Both the position numbers and the translations under genes were made by a program. Source: Bacteroidota bacterium (GTDB lineage: Bacteria; Bacteroidota; Bacteroidia; 2-12-FULL-35-15). Taken from it: a stretch of DNA of 64,000 bases. Location: assembly GCA_040388745.1 (NCBI GenBank), contig JAZKBF010000010.1, forward strand, positions 56,339-120,338. The letters run 5' to 3'. Below the pieces are notes generated by a model. It was not told the origin of the DNA and ran no database searches. It worked only from the letters and a program-made list of their open reading frames with translations. Below are positions 1 through 9,764 of the stretch, one piece after another. Positions within the stretch are counted from its first letter, which is position 1. Every line of letters starts with the position of its first letter.

Positions 1-60
1 TGTAAGTCTTTTTGGCAGAAGGCTCAAGGCGTATTACGAACAAAGTAATGAACCGTTTTA

Positions 61-1338
61 TTAAAATATTTTTTGATAGCCTATTCCGGCAAAAATGTTG
101 TTGCCTATTTTCTTTCCGCTCTGAAAATATTCTCCGTGTATATATTCTCCCCTAACTATTCCTGAGTTAAAAGAAAAAATATTATTTCCTCTAAATAGTT
201 TTTGTACAGATAGTTTCATACTATAATTTTTAATCTTTATATCCTCAAGTAATAATTCCCTTATTCTATCATCGGGAGTGAGGCCATATCCAAGGGTTAA
301 AGTCATAAAATCATATGTGGTTTTTCCGTAATACCTGGTAATGAAAGAATAAGATGGAGAAATTTTATTTCCATTTTCAAATGAGATCAATGTTTGCCGG
401 GCCGAAAACCAAAAATTGCCCGTATATTTTCCTATTGATCCCACATACAAAATTGTTGCATTACTAAAATATAGTATTCTCATACCTAATTCCCCTTCAA
501 AGGCACGTGGGAAATTTCGGTAAACAGATATTCCTGAGCGGTAGGTAGGGAAAATAGTACTGGGTGAATACCCGGCATTAATATAAGCATACATTTTTTT
601 TCCTAAACTTGGGTAAGCATCTATTTCCACTTGAGCGCCATTAGAAGCAAATCGATTTCCAAAATTTGCCCGGGTAATTACCCTTCCTAAATACTTTGTT
701 TGCCTACCATAGCTTGTAGAAATATTGTGCCAGGGGGCATTAAATTGCTTATCGAAATAATCATAGTCATAAGCGATCAAAAAAATATTTTTTGACCTTT
801 TCATTTTTATTGATTCTGCCAGTTGTCTTAATTCTGCATTTTTTTTATTCTTCGCAATTAGTGAATCTATTATAGGATACGCTTCATTGTAATCTTCCAA
901 TTCAACCAAGGCTTTAATTTTCCGGATAAACAATGCTTCACTTGAAGGGAAAAATTTTAGGCCATCCTCAGAAGTTTTTAATGCATCAAAAAGTTTGCTA
1001 TTCCATCTTTGAATATCAGATAATGCTATATAGGCATCCTGGTATGGATTCGAATTGATGGATTCCGATAAAATTACGATAGCGGAATCCGGCTGGTTAT
1101 TCCAAAAATACACTCTGCCCAAAAGAACTTGAACATCCTGGTATTGTGGACTTTTTTCTAATATTTTTTTGCAAAGTAGAATTGATTCATCGTATTTTGA
1201 GGAAAATGCGAGGGTCCTTGCCACCTGGAATGAACTATCAACATTTTCAATTTGTGAAAAAGCTTTTGAAATTCCCGCAATCGATAGAAAAAGTATGATG
1301 ATTTTTATGTAGATACTTTTATATTCTAAAATTATCAT
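61..1338 (-). CDS. TPR + YaiO-family outer membrane beta-barrel protein
   Basis: 425 aa. Signal peptide, TPR-like helical N-terminal half, beta-strand C-terminal half (YDYDYFDKQFNAPWH...GAQVEIDAYP), terminal Phe. Confidence 0.8.
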   Translation of the reverse strand: MIILEYKSIYIKIIILFLSIAGISKAFSQIENVDSSFQVARTLAFSSKYDESILLCKKILEKSPQYQDVQVLLGRVYFWNNQPDSAIVILSESINSNPYQDAYIALSDIQRWNSKLFDALKTSEDGLKFFPSSEALFIRKIKALVELEDYNEAYPIIDSLIAKNKKNAELRQLAESIKMKRSKNIFLIAYDYDYFDKQFNAPWHNISTSYGRQTKYLGRVITRANFGNRFASNGAQVEIDAYPSLGKKMYAYINAGYSPSTIFPTYRSGISVYRNFPRAFEGELGMRILYFSNATILYVGSIGKYTGNFWFSARQTLISFENGNKISPSYSFITRYYGKTTYDFMTLTLGYGLTPDDRIRELLLEDIKIKNYSMKLSVQKLFRGNNIFSFNSGIVRGEYIHGEYFQSGKKIGNNIFAGIGYQKIF

Positions 1339-1352
1339 AAATAAATTCTTGA

Positions 1353-1715
1353 TTATTTTATTTTTAAAAGTTTCTCTATTCTTGCTTTAAGAATGGAAGG
1401 GCTGAATGGCTTTGTAATAAATTCGCTGGCTCCAATTTCAAAAGCATCGAGTTCGGCTTTTTCAATGCCGAAAGCAGTCAATACAATAATGGGGGTGGAG
1501 GATTTTAATTCATTTCGAACTAAATTAATAACTTCCATACCACCTAAAAAAGGCATATTCAGATCTGTAATAATTAAATCAAAATGTTCGCTTTTTAATA
1601 GCTCTTTAACTTGCATTCCGTCACCAACAGGGTAAACAGTAAAACCATTATTTGTTAAATAAAAAGTCAGGGATTTCCTCAACAGTTCATCATCTTCAGC
1701 GAATAATATTTTCAT
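1353..1715 (-). CDS. Single-domain response regulator (REC only)
   Basis: 120 aa. KILFAEDD, DLIITDLNMP, FITKPF receiver motifs; no output domain. Confidence 0.93.
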   Translation of the reverse strand: MKILFAEDDELLRKSLTFYLTNNGFTVYPVGDGMQVKELLKSEHFDLIITDLNMPFLGGMEVINLVRNELKSSTPIIVLTAFGIEKAELDAFEIGASEFITKPFSPSILKARIEKLLKIK

Positions 1716-1820
1716 TTTATTAATTCTTTTATTGCTTGTTCAAATTCTATTAATCCTTCTTCGAACAGTTACAAATAGCTGCCAGTTTCATGGTTCTTTA
1801 ATTAAACAACTTATTTTTAT

Positions 1821-4800
1821 TTAATACTCTTCTTTTAATTTCGTATGTAGTAAAGGATAACTTTTGTTAAGTGTGTTTTTAATAAAAACAAACTTTTCAA
1901 GTGATGATTCATTCATTTCTTTATTTGAAGCATTTTTTTCAATAAAACTCAAATGTGGAGAAAGGATCGATAAACCAACTACTGACATTGATGATTTTAG
2001 TTTATGTGATAAACTTTTTACATGAAAAGCATCTGAACTTTTAAAAGCAGCATCCAAGGCAGTAACATCTATAGGAACTTGATTTAAGAATAGTTCTATC
2101 ATCTCTTTTTCAAATTCTTTATTGCCATCAGAAAGTTCCTTTAAATAATTCAGATCAATTAGGTCTGAATCCTTATTTGAATCGCCTCTCTCAATAATTT
2201 TAAGGGGTACAGAGGAATCTAATTTTTTCTCAATTAAATTGGAGCTGATTTTGTTATAAAGGTCGTCCTGTGTAAAAGGTTTTCCTACATAATCATTCAT
2301 TCCAATTTCAATACATTTTTCTTTTTCACCAACCAGTGAATGTGCTGTCATTGCAACAATTGGGATTGTAAATTTCAACTCCTTTCTGATAGCTATAGTT
2401 GTCTGGTAGCCATCCATTTCAGGCATTTGCAAGTCCATTAGTACGAGATCAAATTTTCCCTGTTTTAATTTTTCCAGACCTATTTTTCCATTTTCAGCAA
2501 TTTCAAAATCAAAGCCAAATTTCGTAAGTATTTTTCCTGCTAATCGTTGGTTCAACACATTATCCTCGCATAATAATATTTTTACTGATCCAAGGTTTTT
2601 CTTTACAACAACAGCTTTTTGTAAAGGTTCTAAAACTGATTTGTCAACTTTTTCGTAACGAATTTCGAATGAAAATTCAGAACCTTTTCCAAGCTCACTG
2701 TTTAATTTTATTTCTCCTCCTAGCAATTCCACCAAATTTTTTGCAATACTTAAACCTAAGCCGGTTCCACCAAATTTTCTTGTAGTTTCAGTATTTGCCT
2801 GGGAGAATCTGTCAAAAATTAATTCCGTTTTGTCAGCAGGAATTCCTATTCCTGTGTCCTGAACAATAAATTTCAATTTATAACTGAAATCATCTTCTTC
2901 GGTTTTTTTTACGGATACAGTTATACTTCCCTCTTCAGTAAATTTAATCGCATTCCCAATCAAATTTACCATGATCTGATTTAATCTTACGCTATCCCCA
3001 ACAACGAAATCGGGAAGGGAGGCATCAAGGAAAAAATTGTATTCAAGATTTTTTTCTTTGGCTTTAACATTTAACAGATTATAAATATTTTTCAAGGAAT
3101 CCTTCAAACTAAATGGAGCACTTTCAATTGCAATTTTCCCGGATTCAATTTTTGAAAAATCAAGAATGTCATTTATTATTGAAAGCAAATTGCTTCCTGC
3201 AAGTTTAACTGAACTCACGCATTCCTTTTGATTTTCGTCCAAAGTGCTTTGGGCAAGTAATTCAGTAAATCCAATAATGGCATTCATTGGAGTGCGAATT
3301 TCATGGCTCATATTGGCAAGGAAACTGTTTTTGGCAATAACTGATTGCTCTGCCCTCTCTCTGGCATTTATGATTTCCGCTTTGGCTTTTTTACTTTCGC
3401 TGATATCTTTTGCTATTCCTAAATAACCAACGATTTCGTTTTTTGAACTCTTAAGTGTTGAAATAGATAATTCAACTGGAATTCTCAAGCCATCTTTACG
3501 AATATAGGTCCATTCATTCACATCACTTGAATTTCCCAAGCGTGATTTAATATGAAAAACATCAACCCCTGGTTCTACTTTTTGTTTTAATTCCTTTGTT
3601 AATACTTCAGCCCTTGCCAGAACTTCCATTTTATCATGGATTATTTCCGGGGTATTTCCGATCATTTCTTCCGCTTTATATCCAAGCATTTTTTCCGCAC
3701 CTTTATTAAAGGTCAGAATAATTCCATCCGGTTCAGAAGTAGAAATAATAGAATAATCTGTTCCATCAAGTATAACATTTTGAAATTCAGCTAATCTGCC
3801 AATTTCTTCCTCCATTTTTTTGCGGTCATCTATGTTATTAATTGAGGAGAGAATAAAAGAATTGCCATTAATTTCAATGATTTCCAGAGAGATAAGAACC
3901 CAAAATTTTCCCCCGTTTTTTTTTGTCATCATTCCTTCTTTGGACCTGGCGTTATTTTGGTTCTTCAATAAGGTTACTATTTTTTCACGTTCATCAGGGG
4001 GCACTATATTTAACTCAACGGATGTTTTTCCAATTACTTCTTCTTTTGTAAAACCAAAAACTTCAAGAAAAGTTTCATTCACATATTCTATTTTTCCTGT
4101 TTTTAAATTTGATATAGCCATAATTACAGGGTTTTTATCAAATACTTTAAAAAAGCGACTATTGCTTTCTTTTAATTCCTTTTCTAATGAAATCCGTTCT
4201 GTTATGTCAACCGCAGTTCCAATTACAAATTTACTACCATCATCTCGGTCTGAAATTACATTATTATACATCCAGGTTTTCAAGGTTCCATTTTTGTGAA
4301 TAATTTTCATTAATCCCTTAGAGGAGCCTGATTTTTCAATTTCATCTAAATAACCCTGAAGCAAATTTTTTGCTTCAATTGGTACAAGGTCAAATAAATT
4401 TTTCTGTAATATTTCTTCAACAGAATACCCTATTGAAGAGGCTCCGGCACGATTGATGGAAAAGAAATTACCTTTTAGATCATGCGTACACATCAATCCT
4501 TGTGAATTTTCGAAAAAAACTCTGTGCTTTTTTTCACTTGATAATAGGGCCTGTTCGCCTTTTATTCTATCTGAATCATTCCTACCAATTGCAAAAAGTT
4601 CTCCTGATACTTCATCAGGATTAGCAACCCAGCTTATTGTCAGGTAATCGCCATTTTTTGTTATAAACCGATTTTCGAAGCCTATCGTTTTTTCTCCTGT
4701 TCCCAATTTTTCAATTTCATTTACAGTGTCGCTGATATCATCAGGATGAATGAAATCAAAAAACGGTTTTGTAAGCAGCTCTTCTGTTGTCCAACCTAAA

Positions 4801-5402
4801 GTTAATGTAAATGCAGGATTAATTTTTTTGAAATATCCATCAGTACCAGCTACACATATCAGATCAATTGAAAGGTTGAACAGTTTTTCTAATTTATCCT
4901 TTTCCGCATTTTTTTTTCTTGACACAATTTGTGAAACTACTTCATTTGCTAAAAGAGTTAAAGCTTGTTGCTGATCAGGATTTAATTTTTTCGCTTTTTT
5001 ATCTATAACACATAGAGTGCCTAACGCGAAACCATTTGGATCAATTAAAGGATGACTTGCGTAAAATTTAACATTTTGCTGGTTTCTAATAAGTGGATTG
5101 CTCAAAAAGCGTTCATCTTTTGTTGCATCTTCAACTTCGAAAATGGAGTCACCCATAATTGAATATTGGCAAAAAGAAATCTCCCTGGGAGTTTGATTGG
5201 CATCTATTCCAACTTTAGATTTAAACCATTGCCTGTCCTTATCAATTAAACTAATTAAGGCAATTGGAGCTTCACATATTATGGATGCCAATTTTGTAAG
5301 GCGATCAAATTCCTCTTCTGGTAAAGTATCAAGAATATTGTACTGTTTTAATGCCGCTAAACGTTCAGCTTCATTTTCGGGTAAAGGCCCATTATTATTC
5401 AT
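1821..5402 (-). CDS. Cytoplasmic hybrid histidine kinase GAF-PASx4-HisKA-HATPase-REC-Hpt
   Basis: GAF start (EAERLAALKQYNIL), four PAS-like repeats, H-box FLANMSHEIRTPMN, N/G boxes (NLIGNAIKFT, DTGIGI, GGTGLGL), REC (LMDLQMPEMDG), Hpt (SHKLKSS). No TM helices. Confidence 0.93.
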   Translation of the reverse strand: MNNNGPLPENEAERLAALKQYNILDTLPEEEFDRLTKLASIICEAPIALISLIDKDRQWFKSKVGIDANQTPREISFCQYSIMGDSIFEVEDATKDERFLSNPLIRNQQNVKFYASHPLIDPNGFALGTLCVIDKKAKKLNPDQQQALTLLANEVVSQIVSRKKNAEKDKLEKLFNLSIDLICVAGTDGYFKKINPAFTLTLGWTTEELLTKPFFDFIHPDDISDTVNEIEKLGTGEKTIGFENRFITKNGDYLTISWVANPDEVSGELFAIGRNDSDRIKGEQALLSSEKKHRVFFENSQGLMCTHDLKGNFFSINRAGASSIGYSVEEILQKNLFDLVPIEAKNLLQGYLDEIEKSGSSKGLMKIIHKNGTLKTWMYNNVISDRDDGSKFVIGTAVDITERISLEKELKESNSRFFKVFDKNPVIMAISNLKTGKIEYVNETFLEVFGFTKEEVIGKTSVELNIVPPDEREKIVTLLKNQNNARSKEGMMTKKNGGKFWVLISLEIIEINGNSFILSSINNIDDRKKMEEEIGRLAEFQNVILDGTDYSIISTSEPDGIILTFNKGAEKMLGYKAEEMIGNTPEIIHDKMEVLARAEVLTKELKQKVEPGVDVFHIKSRLGNSSDVNEWTYIRKDGLRIPVELSISTLKSSKNEIVGYLGIAKDISESKKAKAEIINARERAEQSVIAKNSFLANMSHEIRTPMNAIIGFTELLAQSTLDENQKECVSSVKLAGSNLLSIINDILDFSKIESGKIAIESAPFSLKDSLKNIYNLLNVKAKEKNLEYNFFLDASLPDFVVGDSVRLNQIMVNLIGNAIKFTEEGSITVSVKKTEEDDFSYKLKFIVQDTGIGIPADKTELIFDRFSQANTETTRKFGGTGLGLSIAKNLVELLGGEIKLNSELGKGSEFSFEIRYEKVDKSVLEPLQKAVVVKKNLGSVKILLCEDNVLNQRLAGKILTKFGFDFEIAENGKIGLEKLKQGKFDLVLMDLQMPEMDGYQTTIAIRKELKFTIPIVAMTAHSLVGEKEKCIEIGMNDYVGKPFTQDDLYNKISSNLIEKKLDSSVPLKIIERGDSNKDSDLIDLNYLKELSDGNKEFEKEMIELFLNQVPIDVTALDAAFKSSDAFHVKSLSHKLKSSMSVVGLSILSPHLSFIEKNASNKEMNESSLEKFVFIKNTLNKSYPLLHTKLKEEY

Positions 5403-5457
5403 TTATATAGGTATAGAATTATTAGTATGTTATTCTTTTTTTGAAAAACATTGATTT

Positions 5458-6183
5458 TTAAAAGAGATTTAGTTTTTGAAAAAATGAGTTTTTATGAGAG
5501 CGACTTAAAGGCAATACCTTTTCTCCTAAAGAAATAGTTTCGTCTTCGATTTCAATAATTTTGTCGAGCCGGATAATGTAGGAATTATGAATTCTGGCAA
5601 AATCAATTTTTGGAAGTCGGTTTTCTACTGATTTCATTGTGGATAAAATAGTAAACCGTTCTTTGGAGGTATATATATTCACATAATCGCCTTGCGCTTC
5701 AACATATAAAATATCTCTTGCATCTACTCTTATGAGACGAGAACTTTTTTTTAGAAATATTTCATTTTCATTTCTCTTACTAACCTTTATACTTTCTTTT
5801 ACCTCTTTAGCACGTTGAACAGCTTTTAAAAATCTTGTAAAATCAATCGGCTTAAGAATAAAGTCTGTAACATTATAATCATAAGCTTCAGCGGCATATT
5901 CTTTATTTCCGGTAATGAAAATTACTTGTGGGATCTTAAAATTTTTTACAAGGTCAAAACCAGTCATGCCGGGCATGTCAATATCTAAAAGAACCAGATC
6001 AATCTCTTTGTTTTTTTCTAAAAGATTTAAGGCTTCTGTTCCTGAGGATGCGGTACCGATCAGTGTAATAAAATCAACACGTTCAATACATTGTTTTACT
6101 AGTTTTATAGCTAGTTCATCGTCATCAACAATAATGCAATTCATTTTTTTGTTTGTTTGTTTTGTAAAGTTAGCGTTATTCAA
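5458..6183 (-). CDS. LytTR-family response regulator
   Basis: REC (CIIVDDD, LLDIDMP) plus LytTR (ILYVEAQGDYV, FARIHNSYII). True start may be the ATG at 6144. Confidence 0.92.
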   Translation of the reverse strand: MNNANFTKQTNKKMNCIIVDDDELAIKLVKQCIERVDFITLIGTASSGTEALNLLEKNKEIDLVLLDIDMPGMTGFDLVKNFKIPQVIFITGNKEYAAEAYDYNVTDFILKPIDFTRFLKAVQRAKEVKESIKVSKRNENEIFLKKSSRLIRVDARDILYVEAQGDYVNIYTSKERFTILSTMKSVENRLPKIDFARIHNSYIIRLDKIIEIEDETISLGEKVLPLSRSHKNSFFQKLNLF

Positions 6184-6413
6184 GGTGATATTAACTATCA
6201 GCTGTATTAAAAAGAATCTTTCTTTCTAATAAAATACCGATTGTTAAAACAATGGAACACTTTTAAATATATTTAATACGATAAAGAGGCTATTTTAATA
6301 AACGTTAGTGAAAAAGGTTTATTGCCTCCTTTACTATGGAGATCTATTCAATTCTGATATGACTTTAGTTTAAGGGGATATCTTTAGATCTGTTCATTGG
6401 TTTATAAATTGCC

Positions 6414-6421
6414 TATCTTTG
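6414..6421 (+). promoter_or_regulatory. Bacteroidota sigma-A -7 element (TATCTTTG)
   Basis: Matches TAnnTTTG, about 25 nt upstream of the DEAD helicase start. Confidence 0.6.
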
Positions 6422-6444
6422 TTTTTCATTAACACTATAAAATT

Positions 6445-7569
6445 TTGTCAACCTTCTCCGAATTGGGTATTACGGAAGCTTTAATAAAAGGGCTTATCGA
6501 AAATAATATTATAAATCCTACCGAAATACAAGCAAAATCAATCCCTTTTTTATTAAAAGAAGGCACTGATTTTATTGGACAGGCACAAACAGGTACCGGT
6601 AAAACTGCGGCTTTCGGTCTACCGTTATTACAGGCAACGGATACTTCCATTGATAAAATTCAGGCCTTGGTATTGTGCCCTACACGTGAGTTAGGACAAC
6701 AGATCGCCAAGCAGTTATTCCGAATTGCGCGCTATAACCCCAATCGGATTTTTGTGGAAGCTGTTTATGGTGGTGAGCCAATCGAACTTCAGATCCGAAA
6801 TCTGAACCGTCCTACTCATATTGTGGTAGCTACTCCCGGTCGTTTGATCGACCTGTTAGAACGCAAAGCGATTAGTTTAAAGGATGTTAAAACCATCGTT
6901 TTAGATGAAGCCGATGAAATGTTGAGTATGGGCTTTAAAGCGAATATAGATACCATTTTGGAGCAAACCAATGGTCATCGGAATATCTGGTTGTTTTCTG
7001 CAACTATTCCTGAATCCTTAACAGAAATTATCCGGTCCTATATGGATGAAGATGCTTATAAGGTGGAGGTAGATGTGAAAAATGTAGTGAACAGGGATAT
7101 TGAACACCAATATGTGCAATGTATTGATACCAAAGATAAATTAGATACATTATTGGAGTTTTTGAGAACACAAGGTAAAGGAAGGGGAATTGTATTTTGC
7201 AAAACCAAAGATGGAACACAATCATTGGCCAAACAGCTGATTGCCCGGAATCACTTGGCGGAAGCCTTGCATGGTGACCTGCAACAACGTGACCGCGAGA
7301 AAGTGATGCGTGCCTTTAAAAATCAGAAAGTTCAAATTTTAGTAGCTACCGATATGGCAGCCAGGGGTATTGATGTGGAGGATCTGCAATATGTAATTCA
7401 TTATCAGTTGCCTGAACAATTAGAGTATTATACCCACCGTAGTGGACGTACAGGCCGTGCCGGTAAAAAAGGATTGTCCATCAGTTTGGTTACGAGTTCA
7501 GAAATGGGAAGGTTAAAAACCATTGAAAACGAATTGAAAATTACTGTTCAGAAGATCCGGAGGGGATAA
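6445..7569 (+). CDS. DEAD-box RNA helicase (core only)
   Basis: GTGKT, PTREL, DEAD, SAT and HRSGRTGRAG motifs; TTG start. Confidence 0.95.
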   Translation: MSTFSELGITEALIKGLIENNIINPTEIQAKSIPFLLKEGTDFIGQAQTGTGKTAAFGLPLLQATDTSIDKIQALVLCPTRELGQQIAKQLFRIARYNPNRIFVEAVYGGEPIELQIRNLNRPTHIVVATPGRLIDLLERKAISLKDVKTIVLDEADEMLSMGFKANIDTILEQTNGHRNIWLFSATIPESLTEIIRSYMDEDAYKVEVDVKNVVNRDIEHQYVQCIDTKDKLDTLLEFLRTQGKGRGIVFCKTKDGTQSLAKQLIARNHLAEALHGDLQQRDREKVMRAFKNQKVQILVATDMAARGIDVEDLQYVIHYQLPEQLEYYTHRSGRTGRAGKKGLSISLVTSSEMGRLKTIENELKITVQKIRRG

Positions 7570-7681
7570 TATTAAAATTGTATTTCTGAATCAATAGTCC
7601 TTTTTGCAGACGTTTTATCTCGTTTGAGAAATCACATCAATTGAGTATAGATTACAATTGAATTATTTTTCGTTGATAAAT

Positions 7682-7879
7682 TTAAAAAGGCTCTCCGATA
7701 AGCTTTTCCAATACTTTTTGGTACAATTCAAATAATTCATCACTGTCTTTTTTGTTTTTTATGCAAACAGGGCAAAGAACATTTGAAATCCGTTGTTTCC
7801 AATCTCCATAAAGCATAAACTGTTCTTCATCCCAAATATGCGCTCTATGGCATCCCATACATTTTTTAAACTTCTTCAT
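7682..7879 (-). CDS. Small hypothetical protein with two CxxC motifs
   Basis: 65 aa, CMGC...CPVC; occupies an otherwise empty intergenic region. Confidence 0.5.
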   Translation of the reverse strand: MKKFKKCMGCHRAHIWDEEQFMLYGDWKQRISNVLCPVCIKNKKDSDELFELYQKVLEKLIGEPF

Positions 7880-8074
7880 TCAATCTGTTTTTTACAAATC
7901 TACCCTTTTTAGATTAGTTATTGGGGCAATTGACTATTAATCTCTGCGAAACTCATTCATTTCTCTGTGTTAAAAAAATCAAACAGAGTACAGAGTAACA
8001 GATTAGTGCATAGAATCCCGGAACCTAACAAAAAATATAAATCTTCTATTAATAAAAAGGTCGGATTTAAAAAT

Positions 8075-8082
8075 TAAATTTG
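8075..8082 (+). promoter_or_regulatory. -7 element (TAAATTTG)
   Basis: TAnnTTTG about 90 nt upstream of the FAD oxidase. Confidence 0.55.
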
Positions 8083-8170
8083 CGATACGAAAATCATGCG
8101 ACTATAGAAGTCGAGCTCTCAAAGCACAAGCAAACATCTTTGTGCTCATAACGATTCGAAATTTAATAAA

Positions 8171-9577
8171 ATGATCTATAATAAAATAACACCATTGATA
8201 TTAGAAAAACTTCAGCAAATTGTTGGAGAAACATACGTTGTGTTTGATTCCGCTAGTCTTGCTGACTATGGACATGATGAAACGGAGAAGTTGTTGTTTT
8301 TACCCGAAGTAGTTGTAAAACCACGTACAGCGGAGGAAATTGCAGAAATATTAATGATCGCAAACAAAGAATTGATACCGGTAACACCACGCGGGGCAGG
8401 AACAGGGCTGAGTGGGGGAGCCTTACCTGTGTATGGCGGAATTACACTATCGATGGAACGGTTCAATGAAATAATAGAAATTGATGAACGAAACCTGCAG
8501 GCAACAGTGGAGCCGGGCGTTATTAATGAGGTATTTCAAAATGCAGTTATTGAACTTGGTTTGTTTTATCCCCCCGACCCAGCCAGTAAAGGAAGTTGTT
8601 TTTTAGGTGGCAATGTTGCTGAAAGCTCAGGAGGGCCTAAATGTGTAAAATATGGAACTACCAAAGATTATATTCTGAATTTAGAGGTAGTATTGCCAAC
8701 AGGCGAAATCATTTACACAGGTGCCAATACACTGAAAAATTCTACCGGCTATAATTTAACACAGTTGATGGTGGGTAGTGAAGGGACATTGGGCATTGTT
8801 ACCAAAATAATTGTGAAATTATTACCTTATCCCAAACATAATTTATTGATCCTTGTTCCATTCAGAAGTTTGGATGAGGCTTGTTCTGCCGTAAGTGAAG
8901 TGTTTCGTGCAGGATTTATACCCAGTGCCATGGAACTGATGGAGCGCGATGCATTGGATTGGGTGATCCGATATGTAGAAAGCAGCGTTGTGAAATTAGA
9001 AGATGACATACAAGCGCATTTACTGATCGAATTGGATGGGAATGACTTAGAAATATTGATGAAGGAAATAGAAGCTATAGCCGAACTTATAGCCAAATAT
9101 AATATTGGTGATATTTTGTTTGCCGATTCGGAGGCGCAAAAAGAAGAAATATGGAAACTGCGCAGAAAAATTAACGAAGCAGTAACTGCCAATGCAATTA
9201 GCAAAGAACAAGATACGGTAGTACCACGCGCAGAGCTTCCAAAGCTGGTAAGAGGGGTGAAACAAATAGGCAACAACTACAATTTTAGATCTGTTTGTTA
9301 TGGCCATGCAGGTGATGGTAATTTACACATACGCATTATAAAAGGCGATCTAACGGATGAACAGTGGGATGGGCAGTATATTAAAAATGCGATAGCTGAA
9401 ATATTTATTTTATGCAAGAAATTAAACGGTACTATTAGTGGTGAACACGGTATTGGTCTTATTCAGCAAGAGTATATGGGGATTGTATTCTCGGAAAAGG
9501 CATTGAGTATTCAAAAGGGAATTAAACAAGTATTTGACCCTAAAAAAATATTGAATCCGGGGAAAATGTTTGGGTAA
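8171..9577 (+). CDS. FAD-linked oxidase, GlcD / D-lactate / D-2-hydroxyacid dehydrogenase family
   Basis: PRGAGTGLSGGA, PPDPAS, GHAGDGNLH, SGEHGIG, LNPGK motifs. Confidence 0.9.
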   Translation: MIYNKITPLILEKLQQIVGETYVVFDSASLADYGHDETEKLLFLPEVVVKPRTAEEIAEILMIANKELIPVTPRGAGTGLSGGALPVYGGITLSMERFNEIIEIDERNLQATVEPGVINEVFQNAVIELGLFYPPDPASKGSCFLGGNVAESSGGPKCVKYGTTKDYILNLEVVLPTGEIIYTGANTLKNSTGYNLTQLMVGSEGTLGIVTKIIVKLLPYPKHNLLILVPFRSLDEACSAVSEVFRAGFIPSAMELMERDALDWVIRYVESSVVKLEDDIQAHLLIELDGNDLEILMKEIEAIAELIAKYNIGDILFADSEAQKEEIWKLRRKINEAVTANAISKEQDTVVPRAELPKLVRGVKQIGNNYNFRSVCYGHAGDGNLHIRIIKGDLTDEQWDGQYIKNAIAEIFILCKKLNGTISGEHGIGLIQQEYMGIVFSEKALSIQKGIKQVFDPKKILNPGKMFG

Positions 9578-9630
9578 AAGCGAGGTTGTTTGATTCCCCT
9601 ATTTGTTATGTATAAATTATATATTTAATT

Positions 9631-9660
9631 AAAAGTGTTAACTGGAGTTAACACTTTTTT
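9631..9660 (+). terminator. Intrinsic terminator
   Basis: AAAAGTGTTAAC-TGGA-GTTAACACTTTT then T run, after the FAD oxidase. Confidence 0.75.
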
Positions 9661-9736
9661 TATTTAATTGTTATCTATAATTTACAATAAATTTATTTAA
9701 TGTTGTTTAGGATTAACAAATTATGTAATAAAGTGT

Positions 9737-9744
9737 TATCTTTG
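9737..9744 (+). promoter_or_regulatory. -7 element (TATCTTTG)
   Basis: TAnnTTTG 20 nt upstream of the AAA ATPase ATG. Confidence 0.6.
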
Positions 9745-9764
9745 TATAACAAAATTTATTTGTT

